Assembly: GCA_046563655.1 (NCBI GenBank)
Contig: CM102288.1
Coordinates: 4,216,001-4,280,000 of the forward strand
Source of the DNA: Yuukianura sp. NJ FZ-2021
Taxonomy: Eukaryota
Direction of reading: 5' to 3'
Length of the DNA: 64,000 nt
The position numbers and the translations under genes are program-made. Shown here in pieces: positions 37,612 through 52,404 of the stretch. A model generated the notes under the pieces. The model saw only the letters and a list, made by a program, of their open reading frames with translations, ran no database searches and had not been told where the DNA came from. Positions within the stretch are counted from its first letter, which is position 1, and each line of letters begins with the position of its first letter.

Positions 37612-40600
37612 CTATGACTGGATGTGGCGCTTGGACTCGGTTGAATTTGGACACCTATTTTTGACTTCCAGTAATTGCGGGTAGTTTTCAACAATGCTGA
37701 GCAGGATAGTGTCAATGTAGGTCTTGAGCTGGTCGTTTACTTCCTTTTGCTCCTTGAGTGCCGACTTTATCTGAAATTCAAAAAAGAGTTTTAAACTCCA
37801 GTATTTTGACATAAGTACGTTTAAAAGTAAGGTTAAAACAGATCAATGTCAAGAAGTAAAACTAAAGTCAGCATCAGCAACATATTCACAGCGCAAACCA
37901 TAAAATTCCATTTCCAATGTATAGTTTTCTCCAAACAGGCATCGCAAAGAAGTTTTAGCAAAATTGAAGGAGTCGAATTGATTTTGATTTATACAAAACT
38001 TATTTTGAAATTCTGTATTTTCTTAACAACCTGCTCTAATTCGCTGTTTTTCGATTCTCCATTCACTGTTGACGCCAATGATCTACGGGGCTGAAATTTT
38101 GTAAACGCTTAACATCGATGCACTCAATTGAACTTGTCGGGAAGCTAATTCGGTTTTGATTAATCGCGCTTCGATTTCAAGTTGATTCAATTACCTGATC
38201 CTGCGACATGGCTTCAAATTCTGCTGCCAAACTATTCTCCATTCCATTTGTCTGACTCATTGTCAACAGTTGACGACCTTCTTCCAGGCCGTGGTTCAAA
38301 ATTTGGGCCATCAGGTCATCGTTTGACTCCCGGAGTTCTGGAATCCACAAAAATTTCAAGGTCAAAGGTCAAGATTTATGTAATTCCGATAACTGATGTC
38401 ACTCACCTCTATTTTCATTCTTAATTCGTTTATTCTCGGCCTCCAATTCAGTCAGTCTTGAGTACAGTTCGTTGACGTCGCCGTCAATGCTCTCACGGTG
38501 AGCAAGACTCGTTGGCGGTGACGTCCGTTGCATCTGATACTTCCGTAGACTATCAAATTCGTGTTTGAGATCAATGAGGGCCTGGAACAAACAAAAATTC
38601 TTAGATTTCAAAAAAACTTGCTGTTTTTCAAAAAATTACCTGCTGTGATCCAATAGTTTCCAGCGTCAGGGCATCTCTATCTGCTCTGGCTTGTTCTACT
38701 AACTTCCGATTATCGTCCCGAACTATTCCGAGTTGTCGTTCAGTCTCTTGTAACTTGTCACTCAAGGAAGAATTCTCTGACCTCTCTCGTTCTACTTGAC
38801 CTTTGAGTCGTGCGATTTCAGATTTGGCTCCTTCAAGCTCCTTTTGATTTCCTTGAAGGCGTATTTCATAATTGGCAAGTTGAAGCTCTCTTTCACGTTC
38901 AATACGAGACAGTGATTCTTTGAACCGTCGCTGTTCATCTCGTAAGCGTTCCTCTCCACGCTGCTCAACGTCACGCATTTGCTCTTCTACCATGAACAGT
39001 TTTGTTGCTAGTTCCGTATTCTCTTGTTTGACTCGAGCGTAACGATCGTCCACTGTTGACTGATTTTCGGCTAAAACTGTAAACTTTTCTTCCAAGTGGT
39101 GATACTGGAACAAAAGAAAATTTCAACATTTCATTAAAAAGTTGTCCCATTTTGTCTTTGTTGTGAATTTTCACCTTCTGCGTGAGATCAATGACTTCAT
39201 CTTCCAGTGATCCATCAGAGTACATCTCCTCTGGATCTCCAGCTGAACTTCGACCTGACGAATTGAAACTGGAAGTTCGATACAACTGTGACGCTGTAAG
39301 TGCACTGGAAGACGTCACGGGCGTTATCGTCTGTGGTCGCTTCGTTCCAGACCTGAAGAAAAGTCGATAGTTTTTCATAAATAACACCATTGTGATAAAT
39401 ACTATAAGCTCCAAATCGCTTACGACCAAGGACATTACTGTTCAAAATTTTGAAAAACTTAGAAAATAAAATTACAAAACTGAAAAAAAGATTCAAATTA
39501 TTTAGAAACATGCCCCGATTTTTAGTTGCTTGGAGGATAAACCGCCAGAACCAGAAAAAAACGATATTCTTTCCTCATTTTGGAATCCAAGCTTCGATTT
39601 TCCATTCTTTAAACTTTAGCAAATCTTTAAAAATCGCTTTCCGCAGAAACCACTACCACTACTGACTTTTTTGTACGTACGCATGAACTCCTCTTATTTG
39701 CAAAATTTCTTGCAATTTGCAACTTTTGAACGTTTTGTTAAATTTCAAAGTAAAACCAAAAAACTTACGTGTTTCTAAAGGATCCTACTCGCCTGTGGAG
39801 CCCCATTCCTTCTCCGTTGTTGTTACTAAATTAAAGTAAAAACCACTAAAAATTTCCGCAACTTTTGACTAATTTTGCACAATTGGCAAAAGGTTCCTTG
39901 TTTAGTTACATACTTTTGTGGTGACTTCCGTAGACTTGAACGTAATAAACTGTTTCTTCGAAATGGTAAGCTACTTGTACTTCCAGCACTCAAATTGCTC
40001 CACTCATTTGCGTCTCTGTAATCACCGCAAAAGAAAAAAAACATATAACAATTAGTAAATTTCACACGTCATTTCACGATTAGTCACCTTCCAACTTTGA
40101 ACTTAGAGTTCAAGTTTAACACTTTAGCAACTAAAACACTTAAAAATATTTTTGGCACTTCTTAAGAAAACTCGTAAAAATTTATACGCTAAACTCTTCC
40201 CGTCTTCCCAAATTTAAATTCGCAAAACTGTTTCCGCCTACACTTGATGAATTGCAAATAATTTCCCAAATTCCCACTTTAGAAACTTAAACTGCGAATA
40301 AAGACTCATTCTGCGTCACCCACCACCAGCATCTGTCACCATCACCAACAATAACCATAACCAAAATAGTATCTGACCGAATCCACTTGAAATGCAAATT
40401 TTCCCTAGTAAAGAAAATTTTTTTTGCAAAATTTTTAATATTCTACCCGCAACTTCAAAAAATCTTAAATTATTCCCAACTTTCCAACTTTTGCTAAATT
40501 TTCGGTTTTCAAAACCCATATTTTTTAGTCCAAAAAGCCTTGACTAAAATTTAAAAATAGTTCCATGGTAAGAAACTAATGTATTTTTAATTGAACCACC

Positions 40601-43600
40601 ATGATTGACACTTAAATTACAAAATTAGGAGCGTCAATGACTAAAAAATTGGTATTAAAGTGACATGGTGTCGTTCTTCACGAATTCTCCGTTATGATTT
40701 ATATCCCCAACGGTGAAAATCTATTGAAATCGTGTTCAACCAACCGTTGACGCAACACTGCCTTTAGGATACTAATTATAAACGTCGATTCATCTTCCCT
40801 CGTAAAACCGTAACATTTGCATTCCAAAAATACTAAATCCAAAAATAAAATTTGGAAGTTGCATTCCTACTGTACACCTACAAATCATGTTCAACTTTTG
40901 GCTTACACAGTACATTCCAAAAGATGCAAAGTTAATTTTTGAAAAACTTTCTTGCTAAAAACCAAATCAGATTCAGACCAACTTTCACTTTCACTTTAAC
41001 TCACAGTAGCATAACATCACGTTAACTTTTGACAAAAAAAGCAACAAAAATAAAACCAATCCTTCTCAGTCTACCAAAAATTGGCGAAAAATTGGCTCCA
41101 AAAACCTCAAAAAAATGAAACACACTTTTGGCTTTATAAGGAACTTTGAAACTTGCTTCACCAACTTTCAAAAGACGACTAAAAAGCAAACTGCTTTGAA
41201 AGTGTTTCCACTGTGTTACTCCCTCAAGTAATTCGCAATTTGCAGAAAAGTTAAGCTACGCAGGCACACTGAAAAGCCTGTTTCTGAAGGACATTCTTTA
41301 CCTGTCAAGTGGAATTACATTAAAAGGTTTAACACAAGAACACATTAACACAAAGCCACTAAAGCAAGGCAGAAGGACTAAAGGGAAACAGGACTAGCAG
41401 AAATTGGTGTATAGCTTTACCTTGGAGGCTACTGCAAAAAATATTACAACTTTTGAAAAATTTAATACATAGCCTTAACAAGTCCAACAATGGTCCACTA
41501 CTACAAATGACAAAAGAAAATTCTAAACAATCCATCATCATCCTTTTCCTTTTTGCAAAAACATGCAACATATTCAATCACTTTCTCAGAACAAACGTGT
41601 CATAACTTTTTTTTGCTAATACTATACAGAATATGCTAAGCTCATTTGCAAAAAAAAGTACTGCTTTCCAAGAAAGTGTGAACGTTTTTGGAAAAAAAGA
41701 TTTTGTGAAACTTTTTTTTTGTAAGGTTTTATAAAAGCAAGTTCGTGCAACCCTGTCCGTCCGCCTGTCTGTTCTTACAATATTTTTATAACATATAACA
41801 TAATATTTTCATAATAAAAAAATAGTACGCTCGGCTCATTTGAAAAAATGCCACTTTTCCAAGAAAGTGTGAACTCTTTTTTTTAAGTTTTAATAAAACC
41901 TATTTTGTGTAACTCTACCCGTCTGTCTGTCCGTCCGTCCAATACCCATGTTTTAATTCAGTAATTAAATTAAATTTAATCAATTGAGGGTAAACTGTTC
42001 ATAAAATTCACAACTACTTTATCAAAATCCGAAAGTTGACTTGTCACATCACGGTGTGGTAAAGAATGACGAAGATACATCTAAAATGTTCAATTGTCAC
42101 ATGGAATTGGACCACTGGGTCACTCTTTCATTTCATTTTAAAACCCTAATTTTCAAACAATCAATTTCTCGCTTTCTTTCAATTTCATTCTCCTTTTGTA
42201 CATCAGAAAAAGTTGAGGCGCGGAGAGCTTGCAAAAAAGCTGCCGTAGAAATGTTTACACATAAGAATTTTAGCAATTTAGCAAAAAGCCACTTTTGGGG
42301 GCAACTTTTTGCCTATTTTGCAAAGGCTTGATTGTTTTTTAGTAAATTATGCACAAGACTTCTTCCTCACCTCGACTCTTCAAGGTCAACGTTGAGAGCC
42401 AAAAATCAATTGTTGCAGAAAACAATGATTACGTTATGCCAAAAAATGTCGAATTAGACTCACTCTAAAAAGTACAATAGAAATGGGAAAAACTTTTTGT
42501 GAAATTTTGAATTTCTCTATACAAAACACACGAATAACACATAAACACGTACATGCATAGTTGATGTATTGTTATTTCTCTTCCGTCCACTTTTATCGTT
42601 AATCGCTTGAGCAAACACATAAACTGTTGCTGTAAATTTAAAAGTTATTAAAAGATTTCTATAACTCTTGCGTATTTCCATTTGACATAAAACAAATCCC
42701 ACACACTGTGTAACTTTACCACACACTCAACACAAAATCAAAAACTCACCCCAGAAAATACAAAACTCGCACTTTCATTTCTAATCACAAATCTAGATAT
42801 AAACTGTAAAAGAAATCAAGATTGAGTACGTAAGTTTTCAATTTCGATTGTAAATTCAATTACTTTTCCAATTACTTGCTGGTTTTTTCTACTTTTGCGC
42901 AAAAATCAACTTCCAACTTCAAAAACGATTGTAAAACCAGATTATTCCTTCACTATTTTTTGTAAGTTTAGTTCAGTTTCCTGAAGTTTTTGAGGCTTTC
43001 GTCTTTCTTTTTCCGAAAATGAGTACAAGCTAACATGAACATCAAAGATTTCGAAAAAACCAAACAGATTATTAGTATTTCTATGCGTGCAGAAAAGTTC
43101 TCATGCTCCATAAAACTGACAAAAATGGAACATCCCTTGTCAAAACTGAAAACACTAAACTTTGACCCAGGAAACGTTAGCATGTAACCTCATTTGAGAG
43201 GAATTTTCCAAAAAGAAAAAACTACCATTGTTTTCAAATTCACCCAGAAAATTAAGTTGGTCTCAATTTAATTTTAAATTAGAAAAAAAAACAAAATCAA
43301 CAAAAAGAAAATTACAAACAAAAGAAATTTTTGCAATTAAAACTTTTTTTTCGAGTTTTTTCACACTCCCTCTTGACCTTTTCATAAAACACTTCTCACC
43401 TTTCCTAAGTTGGGAACAACTTTTTTTAAAGTACAAAAAAAAGTCCATTGCTCTCAAAATCGCGTATCTAAAAGTGAAAAAATTCCGAAAGCAGGAAAGG
43501 ATTCAGAGAAAGAAAAAATCAATCTTTTGTGTCAGAATTTTAATGACTCCGCACTGCCTTGTTCTACTTCAAAACCAGAGCAGGGTAAACTACCTTTTCA

Positions 43601-44635
43601 AAAAAAATATATTTTTGGAACGTTTTAAAAAATTCTAAAACTCTGCACTTGGAATGCCATTGTCTAAACAAAATTTGAACAAAAAGAGAATCAACATTCG
43701 ATTCAACCTGCAGGATTTAACTTTTCAGCTTACAAAACACACCTAGCACGAAGATTCTTTAAGTAAAGCTGGCGTTTAACTTGAACTTTAACTTAAACCT
43801 TTGAACAAACAATTAAATTAAACACACAATTAAATCTGTGTTTAAATACACAATTAAATAAGTACCAAATTAAAATCAAATCGTGTTTAACTAACCACAC
43901 ATCACACAGCAAACAATGAAATTAAAAAAACACATTGTCTTCTGCCCTATTTTCCACAAGAGCAAATCCACGATCCCACCTTATTCTCTACTTCCCAAAT
44001 TACTTAAAATGTAATAAAATATTATAAATATCATATAAAATAAAAATATATTTTACTAACCTGGAATACTGAAGTGAAGTATTTTCATTGGCTGAGTCGA
44101 AGAATGATTCAGATCCATCAGCCAAGCACTCGTAGTTCTCCTCCTTGGATCTACACAAGACTGGGGACGCATAAGTTGGCTCGTGTTTGTGACGAATGGA
44201 GGCGGAATTAGTGTTTGAGAGAGGCATCGTTCCACACTTGTCGCTTTCGTCAGCCCCCGGGGGGTTCTGGGGATGGTGGCCCATGCCTCCTGCCTCCCCC
44301 TGAATGCCGTTGACCTTTGACCTCCCAGGGGAAGTACCTAGTAAGAATTGAGCTTTCTTCCCGCCTTCAAGCGGAGTCGACGAGGTCTGGACGGTGACTG
44401 AAGAGTTGTTGAGCAGAGGGGAGCCTGGAGAAGTGAGAGGAGTGCTCAAGTTGGCGGTGGGACTGGTGGGGCTGCTGTTGAAGTTATTTTTGGCAGAAGG
44501 TTGTTGTGGAGTCCCACTTCCAAAATAATTAAACTTTTCATTGTTATTGTTGTTGTTGAACCTTGATGGATGAGGATTATTGTCATCTTTGAACGTGTGT
44601 CGAGTAGAGTCAGCAGAAGAGTTGGATAAATTCAT
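37612..44635 (-). CDS. nuf: Rab11 family-interacting protein 3/4 (nuclear fallout-like)
   Basis: Long coiled coil ([12 protein letters not shown]), [10 protein letters not shown] and the C-terminal Rab11-binding domain [26 protein letters not shown]. The start at 44635 is inferred; probable 5' UTR exons extend to about 47640. Confidence 0.85.
41632..41940. repeat. Two diverged tandem copies of a 120-140 bp unit ending in a GTCY microsatellite (DINE-1/Helentron-like relic)
   Basis: GCTCATTTG...TTTCCAAGAAAGTGTGAAC...CTGTCCGTCCG occurs at about 41640-41771 and 41834-41940. Confidence 0.5.
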
Positions 44636-45588
44636 TTCCTATTTCAAATGAAACTTTTTCTTTCGATATGTTCAGCAAACGGCAAATTACAACGTCAAAA
44701 GCTTCCAAATTTGTTGTGAAGCGATGTAGAGTATTTCTGTGAAGCGTAATCCTCTTGATCCAAGCTCGTTCGAAATCCGGAAGTCAAAATCGATTACTGT
44801 CAAATAGTCATCAAATTCTGAGAAGCCAAATTGATTACTCCGTCCGTCAAAATTGTCTTGATAGTCTTCGCTTCATAGAGAAAGTTCATTCAAAGTTATT
44901 TTTGAAGAGCGACAATCAATCCGAAAAGTTTAAAAATTCAAGATGTCTTCTGCTGAATCATAAAGTTGGACTTGAGAAAAATTGTATGTTCCAAGAGTTC
45001 CGATTTCACCTGTACAAAAACATAAAAAATAAATAAAATTTGAAATTCTTAGCAACAACGTGCGCTGAATAAAAATGGCCCAGAGCCAGTACCAGACGCC
45101 CAATGAATAATAGATGAACTTATCTACTACGCCGCTAAAAATAAGCAGAATGTGACCGGTGAATTATAATTGTAAAGAGAAAAACTCAACGTTTGTATAG
45201 TTGCTTTTAAATACAATTGAAAGTAAATGGAAACGTGTTTGGCCAGTTCTGCAATTCCGTGTTCATCCTATAATTTAATTCTTTTCCTTTACTTTAATGT
45301 TTTTAAAGCCCAAACTGTTTAGCTGAGGAGCTGAGTGCTTTCAAAATTTCAAATTACGTAATGAGCCTCGAGTATTATTGGACAGGTTTCCCTGTGTCGA
45401 TTTTTCATTTTGTTTTCACATTTTCAAAAAAAAAAAAGAAGAGAACACGACATGAAATTGAATTTTGTCGCGTCTTGATTAAAAAAAACAGCAATTAATT
45501 CAACCTCTCTCTGTGTATAGCAAGCAAACTTCCATACGACTGTAGCGTAGTACCGAGCCGTACCGTAGTATTGTATCGTGTTGGTTCG

Positions 45589-45647
45589 CGGTACTAGTAC
45601 ACGCACTTCGCCGAAGTACATGTACTAGTACCGAAGTAACTTCGGTA
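45589..45647. repeat. Overlapping near-perfect palindromes rich in GTAC
   Basis: CGGTACTAGTACACGCACTTCG-C-CGAAGTACATGTACTAGTACCG (2 mismatches) overlaps TACCGAAGT-A-ACTTCGGTA. Confidence 0.85.
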
Positions 45648-48600
45648 TCATGAGGTACATGATGTACGTGATCTTTGACCTGTGTGGATTCATCTGCATT
45701 TTCGCATCTGCTTTCCACTTCCTGGAAGTAGAAATTAGGCAGAACGGAAATGCAAGTGGATCAGCGGAGGCCTTAAGGAGTTAAGTCCCTGCTGGACTTC
45801 CGGTTTCAAAGGCAGATGTTGAAGCGGCATATTCTGAACATGTTTTTCAAAATCTTGTTCAAAATGTTTTAAAAAGCATGTTTCACAACAGCCGCAAGTT
45901 CTGTGTTTTAGAAAAGAGTGTCAAGATTACAATTCCACCGAGACTTCCGATAACTCCGTGCTTTCAGAATTGTTGACGTAAGGAAGCAGATGCTTTTCTG
46001 GCACCTGACCCTTAACTTAAGGAACCTTAGGAAGCTAAGGGCTCTTGGCTCTAACACAGAGTCAAGGGAGGATTAAGGGCCTCTGCTTCCAAACTTCACT
46101 TCAACTGGAACTGAAACTACGATTCCACTCATGTGGGGGGAGTTTTTAGAAAAGATGCAGAGCGTGGAATAGTGGAATCTGGCAGAAAGATCGGATTTCA
46201 TCATGAAATCGAACCTTCAATCGAAGTGCGATGGGTGGAAGTTTTAGAAAAAGCTTGAAAGTTAAAACGAATCAAGATGGTCCCAGGGATCAAATGTCGC
46301 GATTTTGAAGATGACGCCCACAATAGGCGCTGAGTGTTTTGGAAATCAGCTTTAAAACGAACCTGTTTCCTGTTACGGGTAAATTCAATAGAGTTTTAAA
46401 GTTAAAAACATAAAAGAATTGGAAAATGATTGTCTAATTCGATGTACCTGGAAGGATATGGAATGATAAACTTCGCGCAGTGCAGACTTCACTTCGTGCT
46501 TCCAAGGTTCTGGACAAGGTTATAGATGACACCAAGTCAAAAGTAAACTCCAAGGTTCAACACCTGAAAAAGAAATGAAAATGAAAGTTAAATTACAACT
46601 TCTATCAACCGCAGTTTTGCGACTCATCGGGTCCATTATAAAACAATCCTGCAAACACGGTATTTAGCAGCGTGACCTAGGGCAAGAGTCAAGGACGTTT
46701 AGTAGACGATTTTCTAACATAACATATACATAACTGGGGTGTGAAGTCCCTAAAATGATATTATTGACATAAGCAATTCAACGATAAGATTAGCAACAAA
46801 AACACATTAAAAACGACAGGTTTTAGGACACTAGATTTCGTTTTCCGCTAGAACACGAAACTTCATTTGTCATTTCGACATTTAAGTTACTCCATTTACC
46901 TCAAACTTCACGTTCGTAGGTCAAGGTCAATTATTTAGATTCACGGTCCCGCTTAAAGGTCGCTCTGGCATCCAACGTTTTCCACGTCCAAACCTAATAG
47001 ACAATGAGATTCTTGAATTGAATCTGCTGTCTAAATCTGGAAGTGTCTGCAGTCTTCGTTATCGTTTGTAGCAATTCGAAAACTAAGGCTGCGGCCCTCA
47101 GGATTGTTGACACGAAAGGCCAGTACTTCCTTCACTGAAAACAGCTACCGAGGTCGTTTATATCCTGACCTTTACGAGGTTGGTCCACAGCTTACTAAAG
47201 GCCACGGTGTCCAAAAAGATAAAAGGAGCTCACACTAAGGTCACAGTTACTGAATTCGCCAACTTGTTGGAGTTAAGGCTTAAGGGTACAGTAAGTTTCG
47301 TATCACAGCTCCTCGTTATATCTATAAAAGCAAAAAAATAACAGTAAAACGACGGAATTTCTCACTTACGAATCTGTGAAACTGAAGAGTCTACTTACCT
47401 AAGGTTAGGGAGAATCAGAATGTGTCAAAGTTAATAAGAAAAGAACAATGAATTTACCTTGATTACTGTTGGACTCACCTGGTGTAAGTGTAAATGGCTC
47501 TTTGCAATGCAACAGCACAGGTAGAATCTTCGTTCCTTCTTTTGTGTATTGTGTTTTGTGTAGTTGTTGGGTATCCACGTAAACCGTACCTCTCGGATCA
47601 AGGAACCAACCAGTGACGTCAGGCTTAAACGTCACACTTCTCTTCTGTTATTCTGTCCTTAGCCAAACAGGATTAATTAAAACTTAATCTAATAGCTTTT
47701 CACACCAAGAGTACTAACAATGTCAACAGTTAATTAATCCTAGATTTTAGAGGAAGCGGTTGTTCCAGGATGAAATGCTTCCTGGCTAAGGAATGATGAG
47801 CCAAAACGTCAACTGATCAAGTTAACGTTACTGTTTTTGAATTGAAATTTTTCCACTGCTTGTTGCTTATGCTTGCGTGTCAAATTCTGTCAAAAGGAAA
47901 GAGAGCATATCCTCAACAGTTAACCTAACAATAAACACTTCCATTGTAAATTGACAGTTTTAAATTGTTTAGAAAGCGAAGGTTAGGCAGTAACATCCAA
48001 CGTCAGGAATATTTGCAAACGTGCTCTGCATTCCGCTTTTGCAATTTTTTTTGCAAACTAAACTGCAGACTCTGTAGCATCTAGTGTAGTGTTCTGGGGA
48101 TCCCCATCATCCCCCGACGATGAAGATGACTTCGTTTTAGCTTTACTGATTCGAAGTACAGGAGTTTTAGATGTTGTCGTGAATTGGCTTTAAATTGAAC
48201 ACAATTAAATCCCAAGGTTAACTCTGTACAACGTGCCGCCAACTTAACTAATAAGTGGGACGCTTGCTTTGCCGAAAAATTAGACTGAACAGTGCCATTT
48301 CTGCATAAAGGATTTATTATTATTACTTCAGTTGGTTCTTCAGGAAGGGAGGAGACCGCTGGGAATCCGGAATAACAAAAAATTTTGTAGCAGAATTTGT
48401 TTATATTTGTAATTCCAAACGTAATTTTACATTACATAATCTAATTTAAAAATCGGTTTTTGCACGCTATTGTTCTTAGACGTACTTTAGTTGGTGTAGT
48501 GGAGTATTTTGAGAGACGTTAAGCGTTCAAAAATGGCGCGAAAATATTTTTGAAAAATGAACTTGCTGTTGTTTTGTTTTTTTTACCTGTTATCTTACAC

Positions 48601-48735
48601 CTGTCGACCTGCTATCAGCTGTTGAGTCAAATGTCAAAAGACTATTGTTTACATTTAGTTATTTTGTTTAATTAATTAGTTAACTTTGCTAATTACAGGA
48701 AAGGGGACACCATATAAAGTCCAAGGACTCGGAAA

Positions 48736-49638
48736 ATGGCATACATTCGGAACTTATCCAGCCACTTATTCAAGAAGTATCCGTTAGTTTCAAATGCCTT
48801 AATTTACGGAGGGTTGTACATGACTGCGGAATTTATGCAACAAACGGTCCTCAAAAAAGTGTTGGTAAGGTTGTTTATTTTAAAGAGTCTTGAATGAAGT
48901 CAATTAGTGAGTCAATTAATTATGTTTATAGGTTGATCCTGCTAAGCCAGAACCAGAGTACAACTTCGAGATAGTTCGGAATTACGGAATCGTGGGCACT
49001 GGTGCTATATCACCATCACTCTATTACTGGTAAAGACAGGTACTTTTCTTTTAGCAGTACCACTGAAGCTGGAATTTGTAAAAATTTGAATCCTAAAGTG
49101 ATCCAGCTTTGGTAGATGGAATGCTATTTCCCGAAATAACTTTGAATTACGATTACACATAACAGGTACCGCTGGCTGGACGGGAGGTATACTGGAACAG
49201 CAGTTAAAACGGTTGTCCGAAAATGTCTCATGGACCAGTTTCTGATGACTCCGCAAATCCTGGTATTTCTTTCAGATTATTGAGTATGAGAAGCTTTCAT
49301 TACTTAAAAATTCAACAATACAATTTGGATGATCGATTAGGTGATGTTTTACGTGGGAATGAGTCTACTCGAAGGAAGGGACGACGTTTTTGCAGAACTA
49401 AAACAAAAGTTCATTCCAACATTTACTGTAAGTGTACCACTTTTCAGTAGAAACTTACTCATGAACGATTTCTTAGAATCTAAATATTTTGGTTATCTTC
49501 CAGGCCAACATGTGTTTTTGGCTGCCCACTCAAGCAATTAACTTCACGTATATACCACCGCAGTTCCGTATAGTTTACATCGGACTCTGTACACTCATCT
49601 GGGTCAACATTCTCTGTTACTTCAAACGCAAAGCTTAG
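48736..49638 (+). CDS. Mpv17/PMP22 family membrane protein (MPV17L-like)
   Basis: Five short exons give YPLVSNALIYGGLYMTAEFMQQ...YYWYRWLD...KCLMDQF...FYVGMSLLEG...FWLPTQAINFTYIPPQFRIVYIG...WVNILCYFKR. Confidence 0.9.
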
Positions 49639-52404
49639 GTCAACCAATGGAAAATGGACGCATTTTAAGCAACAGGCGACGAGCATTTTAGATTAAGGGG
49701 GTCGACAGAGGTTTATCTACGTGCCTTTTCTGAAATTTTCAACATATCAATCAGTACGCGAGGTATGAGTAGTCCAGTTTTTAAAAAATTTTAACCTCGC
49801 AAGCGACATTTAGGCTCCCGCTTTTTAAAATCTCTGCAAACTCTTCACTTTTTACTCATAAGTCAAGTGACACTGAATCATGTAGTCTTATAATTGTGAT
49901 ACAAGCACAAACAGTTACCAAAAACTAAACGCTTCCAGGAACTATTTGTATATTCCATGTCAAACTTCCTCTTTGGTGTCTAATTACTTTACTATTTACA
50001 AAATACTAGGTTAGCATGTGATTGTAACGCAAAGGGATTTGACCAAACATGACGAAAAGTGCTTTTACAATTTTCCGTAGTGCTATAACGTTACAATCAA
50101 AATATCAAAATCAGCGGGAACTTTTCAATATAAAATGAGTTCAGGGAATATATGTTCGCGTTGCTGAATTTTCAGAGTACAACCCAAGTAGCACGCTTTG
50201 TCTAATTTGAGGATATTTAAGAAAACTATTCAAATTTAAAATGTCAAAATTTAAAATTTAAGTAAAATAGTAGTCCAGAATGGTTCCTAACTTTTTTTTC
50301 CACTTAGCATAGGAAATATGGTTAGAGTGATGTAGGGTAATTGATTAATTTCTTTTTGTAAGTTATAGCATGAGAATGTTAATGAACGAACTGAACTTTG
50401 AGTCATTCAACTTTTGGCTTCTCGGTTCGGAGACTCATCTCTCAGGTTTTTACAAGCGGAAGAAGTGTTGTTAACCCATCACCGCATCAATCATCAAGCA
50501 AACGAAAAAAGTTTTTTGTTGATAGATCACTTTAACTTTTTAAAAAATTTAGAAATTCTGTCCGTTCTACTTTTGAAATTTCTCGTAAAAAGTTTTAATG
50601 AAAAATAGAAAGTTTGACGATTAGGTCCTCATTGACCTCAAAAGGGAGTTGGTCTGTTCTGGTTTTTATCGAAAAGTGAGACCTGCAAATTATTTCCGCT
50701 GCTAAGCATTAAGGATTTTACGGGTAAACCAATTTGCTAATTTGCTGTTAACCTTGATTGAGGGAACATGCTACACGGACGCACGTTTTGCAATTTGCAA
50801 ATTCGCAAAAAAAGAGGAAATGCAAAAAATTAAATAGCTCAAACTCAAGTGATTTTACGGGGAGATCAACGGGATAATTTGCAAATTGAAAAAGCGAGAC
50901 GAAAATAGTATGAGCAGAAGAATTTGCAACGGAACTTGATCAAGTCGAAGTACAAATTCCCTGCTGTTCTGCAAGTAACGAGTAGATGACAAAATATTTT
51001 TAGCAGCAGGTCAATGGCTCCGAAATTTTGCAAATTGCTCAAATATGCAAAAACGAAAAAGTAACTGCTCCTGCTTGACAGGAATTGATTCTTTTTGGGA
51101 GGGAAGACTTTGAAGATGATGCTCAGAGGTCACTAAACTTCCCAGTTTCTTTCTTTGCGAAAACTCCCTCCTATTCGCCTTCATCTCGCAACCAGCATCT
51201 TCTGCTGCTATTGGATTTCGTTTTTTCGAGGCTTCAAAGCATCACTGGGCGAACTGCCCTCTCTTTCCCGCCATTTTATTATTTTTTAAGACAATTTTAC
51301 TTTATAGGCTGCGTATAATTTCAAAAGTTGCTTGTTGATGTCAAGTCGTTTGCTGCTTTGTCTTATCTGAATTAATTTTTCAAATTAAATTAAATTTTGA
51401 ATTAATTATTTGTGTTCTACCCGTAAGTAAATTTTGAAATTTTACACAGTTTTTCTTTAATTTTAGTTTTTTTGAAATTATATCCTCTCATTCTGCTATT
51501 AAAAAAAATTCGTTTTTGCTTTGTTAAAAGTAAACTTTTTTTAAATTCTAATTTCGGAAACTTCTAGCTCAAAAATTTATGTCTTAAAATCGAAAATGCA
51601 ACAAGCACTTTTTACCTAGTTTGGAACAGGGCGGTTTGCCCGCGTTTGCTCAGGAGCACATCCGCTCTCATACACTCAAGCAACCACAACATTTGCGAAA
51701 ATTCTTTGTGCCTCTTTGCGAATTTGATACTGCGAAAAGAGGCATTCTCGCGAAGGATGTTAGGAGAGAGTTTTGGAGATTCTTTTGGTAGAGCCCAGTG
51801 TTACTTTCCATCTCGCTACCATAACGAACGAAGGCTTCAGAACGGGATCTCCCTCATTCTCGCAGAGTCTGTCACCTCTCTCTCTTTGCTCAGAGTTCAA
51901 TTTTTAGTAACAACAAAAGTTCATTCCTTCCAAGGAAGTGGGGGTGAACAGACACAAGAAGAGCAAGAGTTCGCGCTCCGTCAAGTGGGAAGTGGGTGAA
52001 AGGTTTTTGACTTTTTATTGCAAATTCACAAAAAATTTGCACAAGAGAAATAAGTGCAAAGCGGAGAATAACTCACTCCAAGTGGTTTCTATCATCAGTT
52101 GACTTCGTTCCCTCGTCCTGGAAAGTGTAACAAAGGAAACCGGTTCTCTGCTGGACATTTGGTTGATGTTACAACAAACAAAGTGTGGAGTAGTGTTTGG
52201 ACGTGAACAAAGTACAAATCAAAAACGGTCAACAGTTTAGTCCATAGTCAAGAACCGGTCAACAACGGTCAAGAAGTGCAAAAGTTCATAGGGTATTTCC
52301 CAACTAATAACACGGAATACAGAATCAATCAATTTCTAATCCCTGGATAATAGTATATCTTCGCATTGGACACAAGAACGACCGTGGGAAAGTTGTGGAT
52401 CGAG

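Noticed and set aside
40316..43638. Many 60-136 aa Lys/Phe-rich ORFs in the nuf intron and in 50-57 kb
   Set aside because: AT-rich non-coding composition, mostly non-ATG starts, no domains or splice support.
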